Origin: a virus
Lineage: Duplodnaviria; Caudoviricetes
Length of the DNA stretch: 47,196 nucleotides
Virus record (IMG/VR): IMGVR_UViG_3300044477_000031
Location: 1 to 47,196 of that record
Direction: 5' to 3' (one strand)
Shown: in pieces, positions 1 to 9,939 of the stretch
Layout of the letters: the number at the start of each line of letters is the position of its first letter
Numbering within the stretch: the stretch's first letter is position 1
Program-made: the position numbers and the translations under genes
Notes under the pieces: model-generated
What the model was told of the DNA's origin: nothing
The model's database searches: none
Seen by the model: the letters and a program-made list of their open reading frames with translations, nothing else

Positions 1-259
1 CTGGTAGCCCGTGTTGGTGGCCGCTGACCGGTAGCCCGTGTTGGTGGCCGCTGACTGGTTGCCCGTGTTGGTGGCCGCTGACTGGTCGCCCGTGTTGGTG
101 GCCGCTGACCGGTAGCCCGTGTTGGTGGCCGCTGACTGGTTGCCCGTGTTGGTGGCCGCTGACTGGTCGCCCGTGTTGGTGGCCGCTGACCAGTTGCCCG
201 TGTTGGTGGCCGCTGACTGGTAGCCCGTGTTGGTAGCCGCTGACTGGTTGCCCGTGTTG
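1..259. repeat. 27-bp coding tandem repeat, about 9.6 units
   Basis: Unit CYRGTHGCCCGTGTTGGTRGCCGCTGA, encoding SAATNTG(Y/N/D)(Q/R/W) on the minus strand. Confidence 0.97.
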
Positions 260-591
260 CTTTCCCTTGTGTTATTCCTGTCTACCTTCTCGTTGATAAA
301 CTCAACTGCTGCTTTGATTAGTCCGGGCAATTCTATTTCAGCCTTGACTGATATTTTTGTTCCGCAAACCTTCGAATCGCCTTGTCTTTCACCGGTATCT
401 CCATCGATATCAACCTCGGCGAACCTGCTATCTGCTGGGTTATAATACCCAAACACGTCCAGCGGAAACTCGCATGCGTGGAACCCGTGATCGCACAGCT
501 TGGCGCTTTTCTCCTCGTAGCTCTTGCCGACTTCAAACTGGAAGTCACGGCACTTCATGTCCTTATTAAAACCCTTGAATGCCTTAATCAT
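1..591 (-). CDS. N-terminal part of a phage protein with (SAATNTGxx)n repeats (DUF7666-like); continues across the window end
   Basis: Not in the ORF track. Manual translation: MIKAFKGFNKDMKCRDFQFEVGKSYEE...GFHACEFPLDVFGYY...then the repeats. AAGGAG RBS at 601-606; frame is open to position 1. Confidence 0.85.
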   Translation of the reverse strand, partial: MIKAFKGFNKDMKCRDFQFEVGKSYEEKSAKLCDHGFHACEFPLDVFGYYNPADSRFAEVDIDGDTGERQGDSKVCGTKISVKAEIELPGLIKAAVEFINEKVDRNNTRESNTGNQSAATNTGYQSAATNTGNWSAATNTGDQSAATNTGNQSAATNTGYRSAATNTGDQSAATNTGNQSAATNTGYRSAATNTGYQ

Positions 592-677
592 CGTTTGCAT
601 CTCCTTGATAACTCCATTGTAAAGCTATTTTATATTATTTGTAAAGCGTTTTCTTGCCAGTTTTGAACGATTTTTAC

Positions 678-875
678 CTAAAAAAGAAAGCCGGTTTGCG
701 GCTGTTTTTCAGCTATTTTTAACGGCTCAATTACTGTTTTCTTTGTTTCAATATCTACGTTTTCGCGCAAAATGTAACCGGATAGGATTCCTTTAGATTT
801 AATGAAAGCATCGCATTCTATCCGCGTTCCTGTTTTGACCACGGATTCTGAAAGGCAGTCATATACCTCATACAC
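678..875 (-). CDS. hypothetical protein
   Basis: ORF overlapping the upstream stop in the operon. Confidence 0.6.
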   Translation of the reverse strand: MYEVYDCLSESVVKTGTRIECDAFIKSKGILSGYILRENVDIETKKTVIEPLKIAEKQPQTGFLF

Positions 876-1806
876 TTTGCACCTCGATTAGAACCGCTTC
901 AGCTTCTTTTCTGGTTTTGACTATGTTGCTACGGTCGCCAATAAACCCGTTTTTGAGTAGTACCGAAAGACACCTGTTATAGACTTCCTTCGCTGCGTCG
1001 TTCCATTCTATCCCGGCTATCTGGCAATACTTAGCCATTATGTTATATTGTGGAACGAACGGCTTGCCGATCTCTACGCCGTAGTAAAACATACGGATAA
1101 AATCATCGGTATCGAATACGTGTTTCTTTTCAATCTCGACTATTTGCGCGGCTTTCTTTTTGAACATATCATTTTCAATACTGGTAACGACGATCATCTG
1201 CAAGCCTAAAAAGATAAGTCCAAAAACTATTAGCGGTATGTACCTGCTTTCTCGATATGCGCATGGTATCGCGTCGAACACCGCTTGCGCCGTGATATTC
1301 GATTCTGTCTTTTCAGACCGCTTCAATTCTTCAATCATGGCTTTGCGTTCTTTCTGGTTTTCTTCTTTCGCGGCTGTCTCTGTTTTTATTTGCGCGTTTA
1401 TCTCTTCCAGTGTTTCGCGCTTCATTGCCTTTTCATATTGTCCGCGAAGGATTGAAAGTGTTTCGTCATTCCTTGCTATTGCGGTATCGTAGTTTTTCAC
1501 TTCCTGATTCTCATATACATTGACCGCTTTTTTCTGGCTCTGTATTTTTGTAGTTTCAAGCGCGAAAGAGTAATCAAAAAAGAATACTACCGAAACAAAC
1601 ACAATCCACGGTATAACCTGTCCTTTGCTCCACGCCCTAAAAACGAACAGAACACACATGATACCGATAGAAACAAAAGCAACCGCAGTCACGATATCAG
1701 GCGATAGGGAAAGAAAGCAAATAAAGTTGATAACAATATCGACCACAAGGGCAACGATAAGACCACCGGTATCGATTACTGACTCAAGCCGTTTCGGTAT
1801 TCGCAT
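868..1806 (-). CDS. membrane protein (3 N-terminal TM helices, coiled coil, further TM helix)
   Basis: Hydrophobic segments and heptad-rich middle; AAGGAG RBS. Confidence 0.75.
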   Translation of the reverse strand: MRIPKRLESVIDTGGLIVALVVDIVINFICFLSLSPDIVTAVAFVSIGIMCVLFVFRAWSKGQVIPWIVFVSVVFFFDYSFALETTKIQSQKKAVNVYENQEVKNYDTAIARNDETLSILRGQYEKAMKRETLEEINAQIKTETAAKEENQKERKAMIEELKRSEKTESNITAQAVFDAIPCAYRESRYIPLIVFGLIFLGLQMIVVTSIENDMFKKKAAQIVEIEKKHVFDTDDFIRMFYYGVEIGKPFVPQYNIMAKYCQIAGIEWNDAAKEVYNRCLSVLLKNGFIGDRSNIVKTRKEAEAVLIEVQSV

Positions 1807-1812
1807 TTTTGT

Positions 1813-2061
1813 TTACTCCTTGATTGCAATTTCAAGCACATCGCGCTTGTCAAAGCTATTATTGCCGTTATCTATAATGACTTGTGAATATCTCGTATCA
1901 TGAAGAATATAATAACGCGGAAACATCCACCCTCTACGAGGGTCATAATCGCAACGCTTTAATACGCATACCGTCTTGCCTTTATTTTTTATTATATTTT
2001 CTTTTGTTATTGAAAACGGTTTATAACCTTTCTGTTCATTTTCATAATCGAAATATGCCAT
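1813..2061 (-). CDS. hypothetical protein
   Basis: ORF with GGGAG RBS, in operon. Confidence 0.65.
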   Translation of the reverse strand: MAYFDYENEQKGYKPFSITKENIIKNKGKTVCVLKRCDYDPRRGWMFPRYYILHDTRYSQVIIDNGNNSFDKRDVLEIAIKE

Positions 2062-2245
2062 TTTTCACACTCCCCACATTGCCCGTCTTTGGTATTTTTC
2101 AGGATGCTTCTTTTTCCGTTTCTGTTCGAGTTTATACTCTACACAAGCGCGGATTAATTCTGTCATTTTGTTTTCAGGTATCCAGATAGTTTCCGTCATG
2201 TCTATTATCTGTACGCAGTCACTACGTATTTTAATGCGCATGGTT

Positions 2246-2542
2246 TCACTCCTTCAATAATTGATCGCGGATTTTGTCGGCGAGTTCTTCGCGCTTAATC
2301 GGATTAAAAGTTACCTGAACCAAATCATTGCACTTTCCCGCATGAGTCGTTACACGGTTTAGAATATGGTCTATCACGCAAGCACCGTACTTTTTACGCA
2401 TTGCAACGGTATCCGCTATTACGTGCGCGGTCTGAAAACTGTTTATATCTACCGGCTCACCGCAATGCTGGCAGATACCGCCGTCTCTATTGTAGATTTC
2501 AAGGCGCTGTTCGTATAGGTCGAGTTTTGAACGGTCGGTCAT
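2246..2542 (-). CDS. HNH endonuclease-like protein
   Basis: RDGGICQHCG, AHVI and HAGKCN motifs. Confidence 0.75.
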   Translation of the reverse strand: MTDRSKLDLYEQRLEIYNRDGGICQHCGEPVDINSFQTAHVIADTVAMRKKYGACVIDHILNRVTTHAGKCNDLVQVTFNPIKREELADKIRDQLLKE

Positions 2543-2916
2543 TTATTTTTTTTGCACTCAGCGCACTTACGGGCATGATAAGCATCTGAAAAAACGCGTA
2601 TTGCATTTTTACTATATTCTTCATCTAATTCAACATAACAATCGGTTTTTCCATCAATATCAGATTTTTCAAATCCCACGCTTGCTTCTTCTGCTATGCA
2701 TTGAACTAATGTGTCGATATCAATATCCGTTTGATTGTCTTTATCAATACCATTCGACTCAATACAATCATGCCATGCAAGCATGAATATTTTTCGGATA
2801 GTTTCATCTGCATCATGCACAAATCCCCTAGATTCCATTGCGCATATACATTTTACTGTTTGTTCTTTTGACAGTTCATTTGCGTTCTTTTCCATCGCCT
2901 CGTTTCTCCTTTTCAT
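2539..2916 (-). CDS. hypothetical protein
   Basis: ORF with ATGA-type overlap to the next gene. Confidence 0.6.
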   Translation of the reverse strand: MKRRNEAMEKNANELSKEQTVKCICAMESRGFVHDADETIRKIFMLAWHDCIESNGIDKDNQTDIDIDTLVQCIAEEASVGFEKSDIDGKTDCYVELDEEYSKNAIRVFSDAYHARKCAECKKNK

Positions 2917-3036
2917 CTTTCTTGTCTATCACTAAATCAAGTTTCAACTGTTCTTTATCACGCATATAGCACGTATGCCCTGCTTGACGCTTTACTGACT
3001 CGATTGCCTTGATGGGACGGCCGCAGAATTGGCAGA

Positions 3037-3588
3037 TCAAAATACTACCTTGAGCCGTTCAAACTCTTCTTTAATCACTCCTGCGCCTTCTTGCGTTCGC
3101 TTGAAGTTTCCGCGTGATATTGCGGATAGCGCGACGAGCATTAGATAACAATCTACTTCATCTGTAGTCGATAATTCCATATCATATTTTTCAATGACTG
3201 CATTTATATACTCGCGCTTTTCTGACACGCTATTCTTTTTCAGCTTTATTCCGGTTAAAGATTTCCACGTAGCCGGAGTCATTTCGATAATAGGTATTGA
3301 GTAGGAAGAAAAGCAAGAGCGTATAATTCCACCAATCTCGGCTGCTACCGTTACAGATCTAGAAGACGCGCCGAAAGCGTATCCCTCTACAATCAGCATA
3401 TCCCAATCGCGTTCCTTCGCGAGATTGGCAAAGTGCTTAATGTACCATCCAAGAACTTTTAACCGTTCCTCTTTCCGCTGTATCGCATACGTTGATATTT
3501 TACCATCGCGACACACAAGCACACCGGTAGACCTCAACGATGGATCGACAATAATGAAGTTTAGATTTTCCGGCGGCTTGATTATCAT
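3037..3588 (-). CDS. RuvC-like Holliday junction resolvase
   Basis: VDPSLRSTG, IVEGYAF, TPATWK and DEVDC acidic motifs typical of phage RuvC. Confidence 0.85.
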   Translation of the reverse strand: MIIKPPENLNFIIVDPSLRSTGVLVCRDGKISTYAIQRKEERLKVLGWYIKHFANLAKERDWDMLIVEGYAFGASSRSVTVAAEIGGIIRSCFSSYSIPIIEMTPATWKSLTGIKLKKNSVSEKREYINAVIEKYDMELSTTDEVDCYLMLVALSAISRGNFKRTQEGAGVIKEEFERLKVVF

Positions 3589-3593
3589 TACGG

Positions 3594-3866
3594 TTAGTCC
3601 TCTTCCGGCTCTGGAACGGCATCGCCAAGCGCAAGCTGTCCGTTGTCGTCTTCACCGCCCTTGTTTTCGGAAATACCGACCGTGATGACGCATACCTTTT
3701 TCAATCCCTTCGCGAGTTCAGCGATAATATCGGGATCGGAAAGAGTCGCCGAAAACTTCCACCCACCGCCATTGGACTTGATCGAATTGACCGAATCAAT
3801 GGTGCCAACACACTGCACGGTATTCGTTACCTGAATACCGCTTACGTCCTGTTTAGCCATAAACAC
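3594..3866 (-). CDS. hypothetical protein
   Basis: ORF in operon with acidic tail. Confidence 0.65.
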   Translation of the reverse strand: MFMAKQDVSGIQVTNTVQCVGTIDSVNSIKSNGGGWKFSATLSDPDIIAELAKGLKKVCVITVGISENKGGEDDNGQLALGDAVPEPEED

Positions 3867-3869
3867 CCC

Positions 3870-4088
3870 TTAATATTTTTTCATCCGCTTACCGGCGCGA
3901 ATGTTTGCCGCCATCTCTTCCATAACCTTCGACATATATACTGATATACTCATCGGTCGATTGGTTTCTCCATTATGTTGCTTGCGCAATTCCTCACGAA
4001 CGGTTTTATACGTCGACCCGGATATCGCTATATTTCCGATTACTACTTTTTCATCATCGGTTATTTCCTCTTTCGCGCTTCGTCTCAA
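3870..4088 (-). CDS. small DNA-binding protein (possibly ribbon-helix-helix)
   Basis: GGAGG RBS, TTG start, beta-helix-helix pattern. Confidence 0.5.
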   Translation of the reverse strand: MRRSAKEEITDDEKVVIGNIAISGSTYKTVREELRKQHNGETNRPMSISVYMSKVMEEMAANIRAGKRMKKY

Positions 4089-4318
4089 TACGTCCTCCTT
4101 TTTATATTTAATTATAAATCGTTATTATTATTTTGTATAGCCTAACTTTCACTTTCTGCGTATTATTTTTACTATTTCAGCGCGTTCTATCCCGCGTTCA
4201 CTTCGCAAGCATTTCAATTCTTCCCCGCATTCACAATGCAGCAACTTCACGCCTTCGCATTTCGTCCCGCTTTCCTTGTACTTGAACTCCACAATTACCG
4301 CGTCTTCATTTGATTGGA

Positions 4319-4708
4319 TCATAAGCCCCTTCCATTGTTTTGTTTTTCTATCAATGCATATACGTCATGCCGGATTGTTCTGATATCGATTATTACCCAT
4401 GATGAAATTATCCTGATAAGTTTTTCGCCTAATTCATTTGCTTGCTTTTCCGTTAATTCCAGCCGTTTATTGTTTTTAACTATTGCACGTATTTCCCTAT
4501 CGTACTTTTCAAAACTCTTATCACTTATCATTGCAAGTTCATCGGGATACATGGTAAGGATAGCGCCGACTAGATCCTCTGTATTGTAATACTGCGATTC
4601 GCTTGGCCGCTTCAAAACAAGTTCAACGCTGTTTGCGCGTTCGCCGGAAACATAGCCGCCGTTTTTTGCAATGAATCTACTCATGCTATTTGTCCTTATA
4701 CGTCGCAA
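4319..4708 (-). CDS. hypothetical protein
   Basis: ORF directly downstream of the helicase; true start probably the MSRF ATG. Confidence 0.6.
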   Translation of the reverse strand: MRRIRTNSMSRFIAKNGGYVSGERANSVELVLKRPSESQYYNTEDLVGAILTMYPDELAMISDKSFEKYDREIRAIVKNNKRLELTEKQANELGEKLIRIISSWVIIDIRTIRHDVYALIEKQNNGRGL

Positions 4709-5951
4709 TATTCGGATAGAAGTATAGCTCTGATTCTCCTATCCTTCCATCACGATTTTTCTCGACTATGAACTTTGTCATTATGCCTTGTCCATCGTCT
4801 ACTATCTCGCGTTCGCGGTGAAGGAATGCCACAACGTCCGCGTCTTGCTCTGATGCTCCAGTCTCGCGCAAGTCATTCAATCGCGGACGCTTACCCTCTG
4901 CGTCTCTAGTTAACTGGAATAAAACTATTATAGGGATTTTCAAGTCCTTTCGCAAATTAGCAAGCAAGAACATTTTTTCTTTGGCCTTTTCCTGTTCGCT
5001 GTAAAGTTTTGAACGATTAGTAACGCGAGAAAAATGGTCAATGTAAATCTGATTCACACCTTCGCATCTAACAAGATACATTGCTCTTGCGCATATATCA
5101 TGTATCTCATAGGTATGATCGTCAATAACGATAGGAAGCTCTGCGATGTCTCCCATAGCATTACAGATTGCCGTCTGCCCTACAAGGTCTTTAACCCATC
5201 CACCTTTTATACGTTCAGCATTTATTCCGCTCATCGATGCTACCATTCGATAGCCAATACTATCCTCTGACATTTCGCAGGAAAAGAAAGCGACTTTGTT
5301 TTTTTTCTTTGCCTGATCGATTATGAGGCTTGTACATAGTGCGGTTTTTCCTATACTTGGCCTTGCACCGATAATAACAAGCTCATTCTTGATACCGTGA
5401 AGTATTGAATTGATTGCATTAAAACAAGTCGACGAACCTATTTCTATACCGCCATTTTTATAGTTCTTTTCAAATTGATCGCAACACTTCACCATGATGT
5501 CTTTTATCTGTGTAGTCGTTCGCCCACCAGCACTACGGTTTTGAAGTTGAACCAATTCACCAGTAGCGTTTATGAGTTCATCACTGACAAGACCCGGAGG
5601 TGCATCTGCAATCTTTTGCGTTATTATTGCTGCCTTGCGTTTCTGTGAATATGACAAAACGGTTTTTGCGTATGTTTCTGCGTTTCGACCATTCCCTACG
5701 GTATCGGTTAATGTCGCTATCTTTGCAGAATATTCATTACCGTAAATCGGCGCGAACTCACTATGCAAGATTGCTATATCGACGCGTTTTCCTTCTCCGT
5801 AAATCTTGCATATCATTTTGTATAGTTTGCCGTTTATGTCATTATAAAAATCATCACCGGTAATTATGTTCTGAATATCCGGTATAGATGAATTATTATA
5901 AAGCATCGACCCTAACAGTTTCTCTTCATCGTCTTCGCTGATATAAGCCAT
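4686..5951 (-). CDS. dnaB: replicative DNA helicase DnaB
   Basis: GARPSIGKT Walker A, FFSCEM, IYIDH, QLTR, LRETGASEQDAD and KNRDG motifs. Confidence 0.96.
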   Translation of the reverse strand: MAYISEDDEEKLLGSMLYNNSSIPDIQNIITGDDFYNDINGKLYKMICKIYGEGKRVDIAILHSEFAPIYGNEYSAKIATLTDTVGNGRNAETYAKTVLSYSQKRKAAIITQKIADAPPGLVSDELINATGELVQLQNRSAGGRTTTQIKDIMVKCCDQFEKNYKNGGIEIGSSTCFNAINSILHGIKNELVIIGARPSIGKTALCTSLIIDQAKKKNKVAFFSCEMSEDSIGYRMVASMSGINAERIKGGWVKDLVGQTAICNAMGDIAELPIVIDDHTYEIHDICARAMYLVRCEGVNQIYIDHFSRVTNRSKLYSEQEKAKEKMFLLANLRKDLKIPIIVLFQLTRDAEGKRPRLNDLRETGASEQDADVVAFLHREREIVDDGQGIMTKFIVEKNRDGRIGESELYFYPNIATYKDK

Positions 5952-6571
5952 TATTTCTTTCTCCTGTAGTCTTCACCATTCATCGTTATCATAATACCGT
6001 TTTCGTTTAACCGGCTCATTACGTCCGGCGTAACGTAATTATCAATACACCTATCACAACCGCCGTGTTCACATTTTGCGCGTGGGTGATTGTTTGAAAT
6101 AAGTATTGTCGGCAATAATTCCGCATGTCGATAATCTATTATCGCACTAAACCAGTTCATTTCAGCGCCGCTTCCTTTCGTTCTTCCTATCTCATCGATT
6201 ACCAAACAGGGAACGCGCTGTAATTCTGTTATAATGTCGTATTCGGTTTCAGTCGCTTTAGGCGTATACGTTGCCCTGATCCGTGTTGACATATCAAAAG
6301 CAGTACAGATATAGCCTCCTAACTTCTTAATACACGCGACGGCTATATGCGTTTTACCAACGCCGTTCTTGCCAAGCATTACCAGCTTTCTCAATTCACC
6401 GTTTATAATTTGCTCTGCCAGTACCTTAACCTTTTTCTGTTCTTCAGTATCTGCAATAAAGTTTTCAAGAGTTGCGTCAAAATACATTCTGCGAATATTC
6501 ATATCTTGATATTTTCGCTCAATGTTTTGCTTTGCTATTCTTACTTCTATTTCTTCGTAATCGTCTTTCAC
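5951..6571 (-). CDS. DnaC/IstB-like helicase loader ATPase
   Basis: ATLENF, GKNGVGKTH, LVIDEIG, SRL...GEDYR; probable GTG start at 6571. Confidence 0.9.
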   Translation of the reverse strand: MKDDYEEIEVRIAKQNIERKYQDMNIRRMYFDATLENFIADTEEQKKVKVLAEQIINGELRKLVMLGKNGVGKTHIAVACIKKLGGYICTAFDMSTRIRATYTPKATETEYDIITELQRVPCLVIDEIGRTKGSGAEMNWFSAIIDYRHAELLPTILISNNHPRAKCEHGGCDRCIDNYVTPDVMSRLNENGIMITMNGEDYRRKK

Positions 6572-6573
6572 GG

Positions 6574-7287
6574 TCAAGCCTCCTGCATTGAAAACGCACA
6601 TTCCGGCGCGGAGACGGAACTGGTTTTCTTAGGATAAGAGTTTTGAGAAGAATATATACCGGTCTTTTTACTATCATTGCTTATCCAATGTCTAATAGCA
6701 AGATTGTGATTTTTATACTTATATCCTTTTAATTCGATTCCTTCATCTAATTTTTTTATATACTCTTTTGTTTTGTTTTCTCCTAAATCTAATATCAATT
6801 TTTCATATTGGGGTTTAGTAAGTAATACGTGTTTATATTCACCATATTTATTTTTTTCTTCCTGTTGTGTGTTGTTTACTTTGTTATAAGTATTTAGTGT
6901 AGTATCAGTATTTAGTAGTTGCGTATTAGCCGAAATCGGTTTTTCAGTTAACTGATTAGCCGAAATCGGTTTTTCAGTGATTCGGCTTGACTCGTAAACA
7001 AGCCATTTTGTCCCCTTTATTACCCCTTGTTCCCTGATAAATTCTTTATGTATATAACCGGTTTTAACTAATTCAGCCCATGCCGTATCCAATGAATCAC
7101 GACCCTCTACAAAATGTGTGTATATTTCTTCTTTGCGCACTATCCAGTCTTTAGGAAGTGTCATTAGATAAAAATATATACCCTTTGCTCTCGCTGATAA
7201 ATCTGATCTCCGTGGCACCTCATTAGCTACGATGGTAAAGTTTTCTGTTTTATCCGCAATCTTGATAATTGTTTCACTCATAATCAT
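6574..7287 (-). CDS. phage replication initiator (N-terminal wHTH, lambda O-like position)
   Basis: NFTIVANE...DLSARAKGIYFYLMTLPKDW...ELVKTGY motif; lies upstream of the loader and helicase. Confidence 0.85.
   Translation of the reverse strand: MIMSETIIKIADKTENFTIVANEVPRRSDLSARAKGIYFYLMTLPKDWIVRKEEIYTHFVEGRDSLDTAWAELVKTGYIHKEFIREQGVIKGTKWLVYESSRITEKPISANQLTEKPISANTQLLNTDTTLNTYNKVNNTQQEEKNKYGEYKHVLLTKPQYEKLILDLGENKTKEYIKKLDEGIELKGYKYKNHNLAIRHWISNDSKKTGIYSSQNSYPKKTSSVSAPECAFSMQEA
6890..6978. repeat. iteron-like direct repeats, putative replication origin
   Basis: ATTAGCCGAAATCGGTTTTTCAGT at 6925-6948 and 6955-6978, next to AT-rich AGTATTTAGT repeats, inside the initiator gene. Confidence 0.7.
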
Positions 7288-7804
7288 AATCCTCTTCTTT
7301 TATTTTGGTGTATAATATTTCAGGTGCTTTTCGGCATTGCTGAAGTTTTATTATTGAACGGTCAATCATAATTGAAAAGCATTCTTTTGCGTTCTGTTCG
7401 CAGTTATGAAATACTTCAGTTCCACTAAATCGCATAGCCGGATAATCATTTTGCAATAAATAGCGTTCCCGTTGCTTATCATACATAACCTGTTCTTTAG
7501 TCTTTTCGTGCCATTCATGTCCATCTATCTCGATAGCAACGTAGTTTTCTTCAACATAAGGATTATCGAAGTAGATAATAAAATCAACTTTATATCTGCC
7601 TATTTTGAATTGCGGCCTTATTCCAATAATGAAATCTATAAAGCCGTAAGCAGTTTTTATCCTCGCTTGTCCGCGCATCCAGTCTTTTGTTGATTCATCA
7701 TAAGAATATGACACGACTGCCTTTCCGCATTCTGAAACGATTTCAGTTTCTTTTTCCATGAGTCTTTTCAACTCATCGTAAAACATTGTTTCAATTTCGT
7801 TCAT
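7274..7804 (-). CDS. DUF559/Vsr-like PD-(D/E)XK endonuclease domain protein
   Basis: PQFKIGRYKVDF...AIEIDGHEWH...DKQRERYL...RFSGTEV. Confidence 0.85.
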   Translation of the reverse strand: MNEIETMFYDELKRLMEKETEIVSECGKAVVSYSYDESTKDWMRGQARIKTAYGFIDFIIGIRPQFKIGRYKVDFIIYFDNPYVEENYVAIEIDGHEWHEKTKEQVMYDKQRERYLLQNDYPAMRFSGTEVFHNCEQNAKECFSIMIDRSIIKLQQCRKAPEILYTKIKEEDYDYE

Positions 7805-7815
7805 AAAACCACCTT

Positions 7816-7960
7816 AAAAAACGAAAAGCCTTCTTTGCATCCCCCCGGCTGACTAGGCCGTAATCGGTGTAGTGGCACCGATCGGAGATACAAAAAAGGC
7901 TCTTTTATTATCGTCTCCACTAAGACACGATGTCAACGGGTAGTCAAACCGCTGACTCCA
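7816..7960 (-). ncRNA. C4-like antisense RNA with upstream a1/b1-like target hairpins
   Basis: Target loops TGACTA (7932-7956) and TAGTGG (7910-7931) are complementary to loops TAGTCA and CCACTA of a three-way-junction RNA (7824-7903) that ends in a T tract. Confidence 0.8.
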
Positions 7961-7962
7961 CT

Positions 7963-7991
7963 ATTCTAGCACCTGTAACTGCATTTGTACA
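7963..7991 (-). promoter_or_regulatory. sigma70-type promoter for the C4-like leader and replication genes
   Basis: TGTACA-17 nt-TAGAAT with extended -10 TG. Confidence 0.6.
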
Positions 7992-8169
7992 GTGTTTTCC
8001 CGTAAAAACCTTTCAAGTGCAATCGCTGCTATATTGCAGAACCATGTTGACCGTTTCTTGCTAGTACCTTCGCAAATACAAAAGCCTTGATGGTCGATCT
8101 GTAGGAAGGCGTTATACTTGCCGTTGCATTGAGTAACGCGGGTATACTTTTGCTGGATTTGTTTAGCGG

Positions 8170-8463
8170 TTATGCAAATAGATCCCCAATCGGGTTAAAC
8201 TGTCTTTCCCATACGTCATGAAATGAAGGTGATTCCATATCACTAACGAGATCAGCGGCGTGTTTCGCTCCTTCAAGGCCGCATCGTTGCGCGATACAAA
8301 CGCCGTTCTTTACCGTGTCCCATTGCTCAGGAAGAACATGGTATATTTTGCATCCTGCGTGATCGATAGGCGGCTGGCAATTCCTTATATATTCTTGCGG
8401 TTCATAAGATTTTGCCCAAGGGTTTTTATAACGGTATTCCATATCTTTATACCTTTGCCTCAT
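8170..8463 (-). CDS. hypothetical protein
   Basis: ORF in operon. Confidence 0.65.
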   Translation of the reverse strand: MRQRYKDMEYRYKNPWAKSYEPQEYIRNCQPPIDHAGCKIYHVLPEQWDTVKNGVCIAQRCGLEGAKHAADLVSDMESPSFHDVWERQFNPIGDLFA

Positions 8464-9259
8464 CTAATTCTATTTGCCTATTCTTTTTTTCTTTTGCTGT
8501 TTCTTCAAACACAAAATAAGGGCTTGAGTACGTCAACACTTTTTCATTTGCAGCCTTGAAAAAATCTTTTTTAATTTCAAAACCATAACCGCGCCTGTTA
8601 AGATTTTTAGCCGCTAATAATGTAACCGCGCTACCGGCGCAAGGGTCTATTATAACGTCATCTGGATCAGTAAAAATCTCGATAAGTCTTTCCATGAGTG
8701 CAAGCGGTTTTTGTGTAGGATGTATTTTCGGGGTATCGGTATCCTTTGCCCAGTCTTGGCAATTAAATACCATCGAACCTTTATTATTAAACTTAGGCAA
8801 TTTTTCCCGGTAAAACAATAAAGCATATTCGCAGTTACCGACTACACGCATATTTGCTTTTAGCACCTGAGCGGAAAAGTTTTTCCTGAAAACAAGATTG
8901 ATATAATTATTAAGGCCGTGTTTTTTTGCTTCTTCAATCAACATGAATTGCTGTTCAAACGAACAAAACACGATCATGCACGGGGCTTTCCCGCGCTCTT
9001 TTGGTTCGTTAACGAGCATCTTGCTACAAAAGTGAAGAAACTCTGGAACGCGAAAATCCTTATCAGTATCGAAAAATGTTTTTCCTGCCAATTCGCTTTG
9101 TCCGTTTTCATTGTCTCCATCTATGTACCATTGCGGATTTGATCCATAGGCATTAACACCTACGTTATACGGTATATCGGTTAATACCAGCTGTGCTTTT
9201 GGTAGACCATATACCTTGTAATTTTGAAAATGGTCATTAAATAGTTCTATACGCTTCAC
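8447..9259 (-). CDS. DNA N6-adenine/N4-cytosine methyltransferase, beta class
   Basis: TDIPY catalytic motif precedes HPTQKP and the DPCAGS SAM-binding motif; probable GTG start at 9259. Confidence 0.92.
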   Translation of the reverse strand: MKRIELFNDHFQNYKVYGLPKAQLVLTDIPYNVGVNAYGSNPQWYIDGDNENGQSELAGKTFFDTDKDFRVPEFLHFCSKMLVNEPKERGKAPCMIVFCSFEQQFMLIEEAKKHGLNNYINLVFRKNFSAQVLKANMRVVGNCEYALLFYREKLPKFNNKGSMVFNCQDWAKDTDTPKIHPTQKPLALMERLIEIFTDPDDVIIDPCAGSAVTLLAAKNLNRRGYGFEIKKDFFKAANEKVLTYSSPYFVFEETAKEKKNRQIELDEAKV

Positions 9260-9266
9260 GAGATCC

Positions 9267-9512
9267 TCACTTATCAACAAAACTTCCAGCAATCTTACAA
9301 TTAGGAACATATTCAAATATCGACTTATTCGGTACTACGCAAATGAAGTCGCTCCCGCTCGCGTCCGCGTACTGTTTACAATAACGCTTTACCTGATGCG
9401 GTTGAGTCCTCGCGCCGGTTATGGAATTGAGCTTATCTGTCAAGTCCCACATACCATATCGACCGGCTGGCAGATCGTCCATCATCTGATAAAGCGTTTC
9501 TTTGATTGTCAT
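9267..9512 (-). CDS. hypothetical protein
   Basis: ORF coupled by overlap. Confidence 0.65.
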   Translation of the reverse strand: MTIKETLYQMMDDLPAGRYGMWDLTDKLNSITGARTQPHQVKRYCKQYADASGSDFICVVPNKSIFEYVPNCKIAGSFVDK

Positions 9513-9754
9513 AACCGTAACGGCCTTTCTTTCGGTACATTCTGGTAGACTGTCGGTTCATTGCTTAATCTGGCAGGTTTAGAAAACAATGCGGATTCAT
9601 TCCGGCGTGTCTCAAACTCTTGCGCGAGGACCATGAGCATACCGGGATTAGCCAGTTCAGCTTGCGCATATACCGCTTCACGTTCGACGAATAATCCGCG
9701 GTCTGTTAGCGATCTAACATACGTTCGATATAGTGCGCGTTCAAAGTCGGTCAT
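9509..9754 (-). CDS. hypothetical protein
   Basis: GAGGT RBS. Confidence 0.65.
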   Translation of the reverse strand: MTDFERALYRTYVRSLTDRGLFVEREAVYAQAELANPGMLMVLAQEFETRRNESALFSKPARLSNEPTVYQNVPKERPLRL

Positions 9755-9763
9755 CTGTTTACC

Positions 9764-9937
9764 TCACCTGTTATTTTGACGTCGCACTAGCTTTTCCAGT
9801 ATCGCCTCATTAACGAACTCTGTAACCTTGCCCGGTATCATTTCGAGTACCGGGACGGGAACAGAAACTAGAATCTTTTTCTTTTCGATTTCAGGGTCTT
9901 TCGGTGTTCTCCCTGACTTCCCTTTTTTACCACTCAT
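9764..9937 (-). CDS. small ribbon-helix-helix-type DNA-binding protein (57 aa)
   Basis: Manual translation MSGKKGKSGRTPKDPEIEKKKILVSVPVPVLEMIPGKVTEFVNEAILEKL...; GAGGT RBS. Confidence 0.6.
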   Translation of the reverse strand: MSGKKGKSGRTPKDPEIEKKKILVSVPVPVLEMIPGKVTEFVNEAILEKLVRRQNNR

Positions 9938-9939
9938 TG

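Noticed and set aside
1-259. CRISPR array
   Set aside because: Repeats are contiguous with no spacers, are a multiple of 3 and encode a peptide repeat. The Cas4-like nuclease belongs to the recombination operon.
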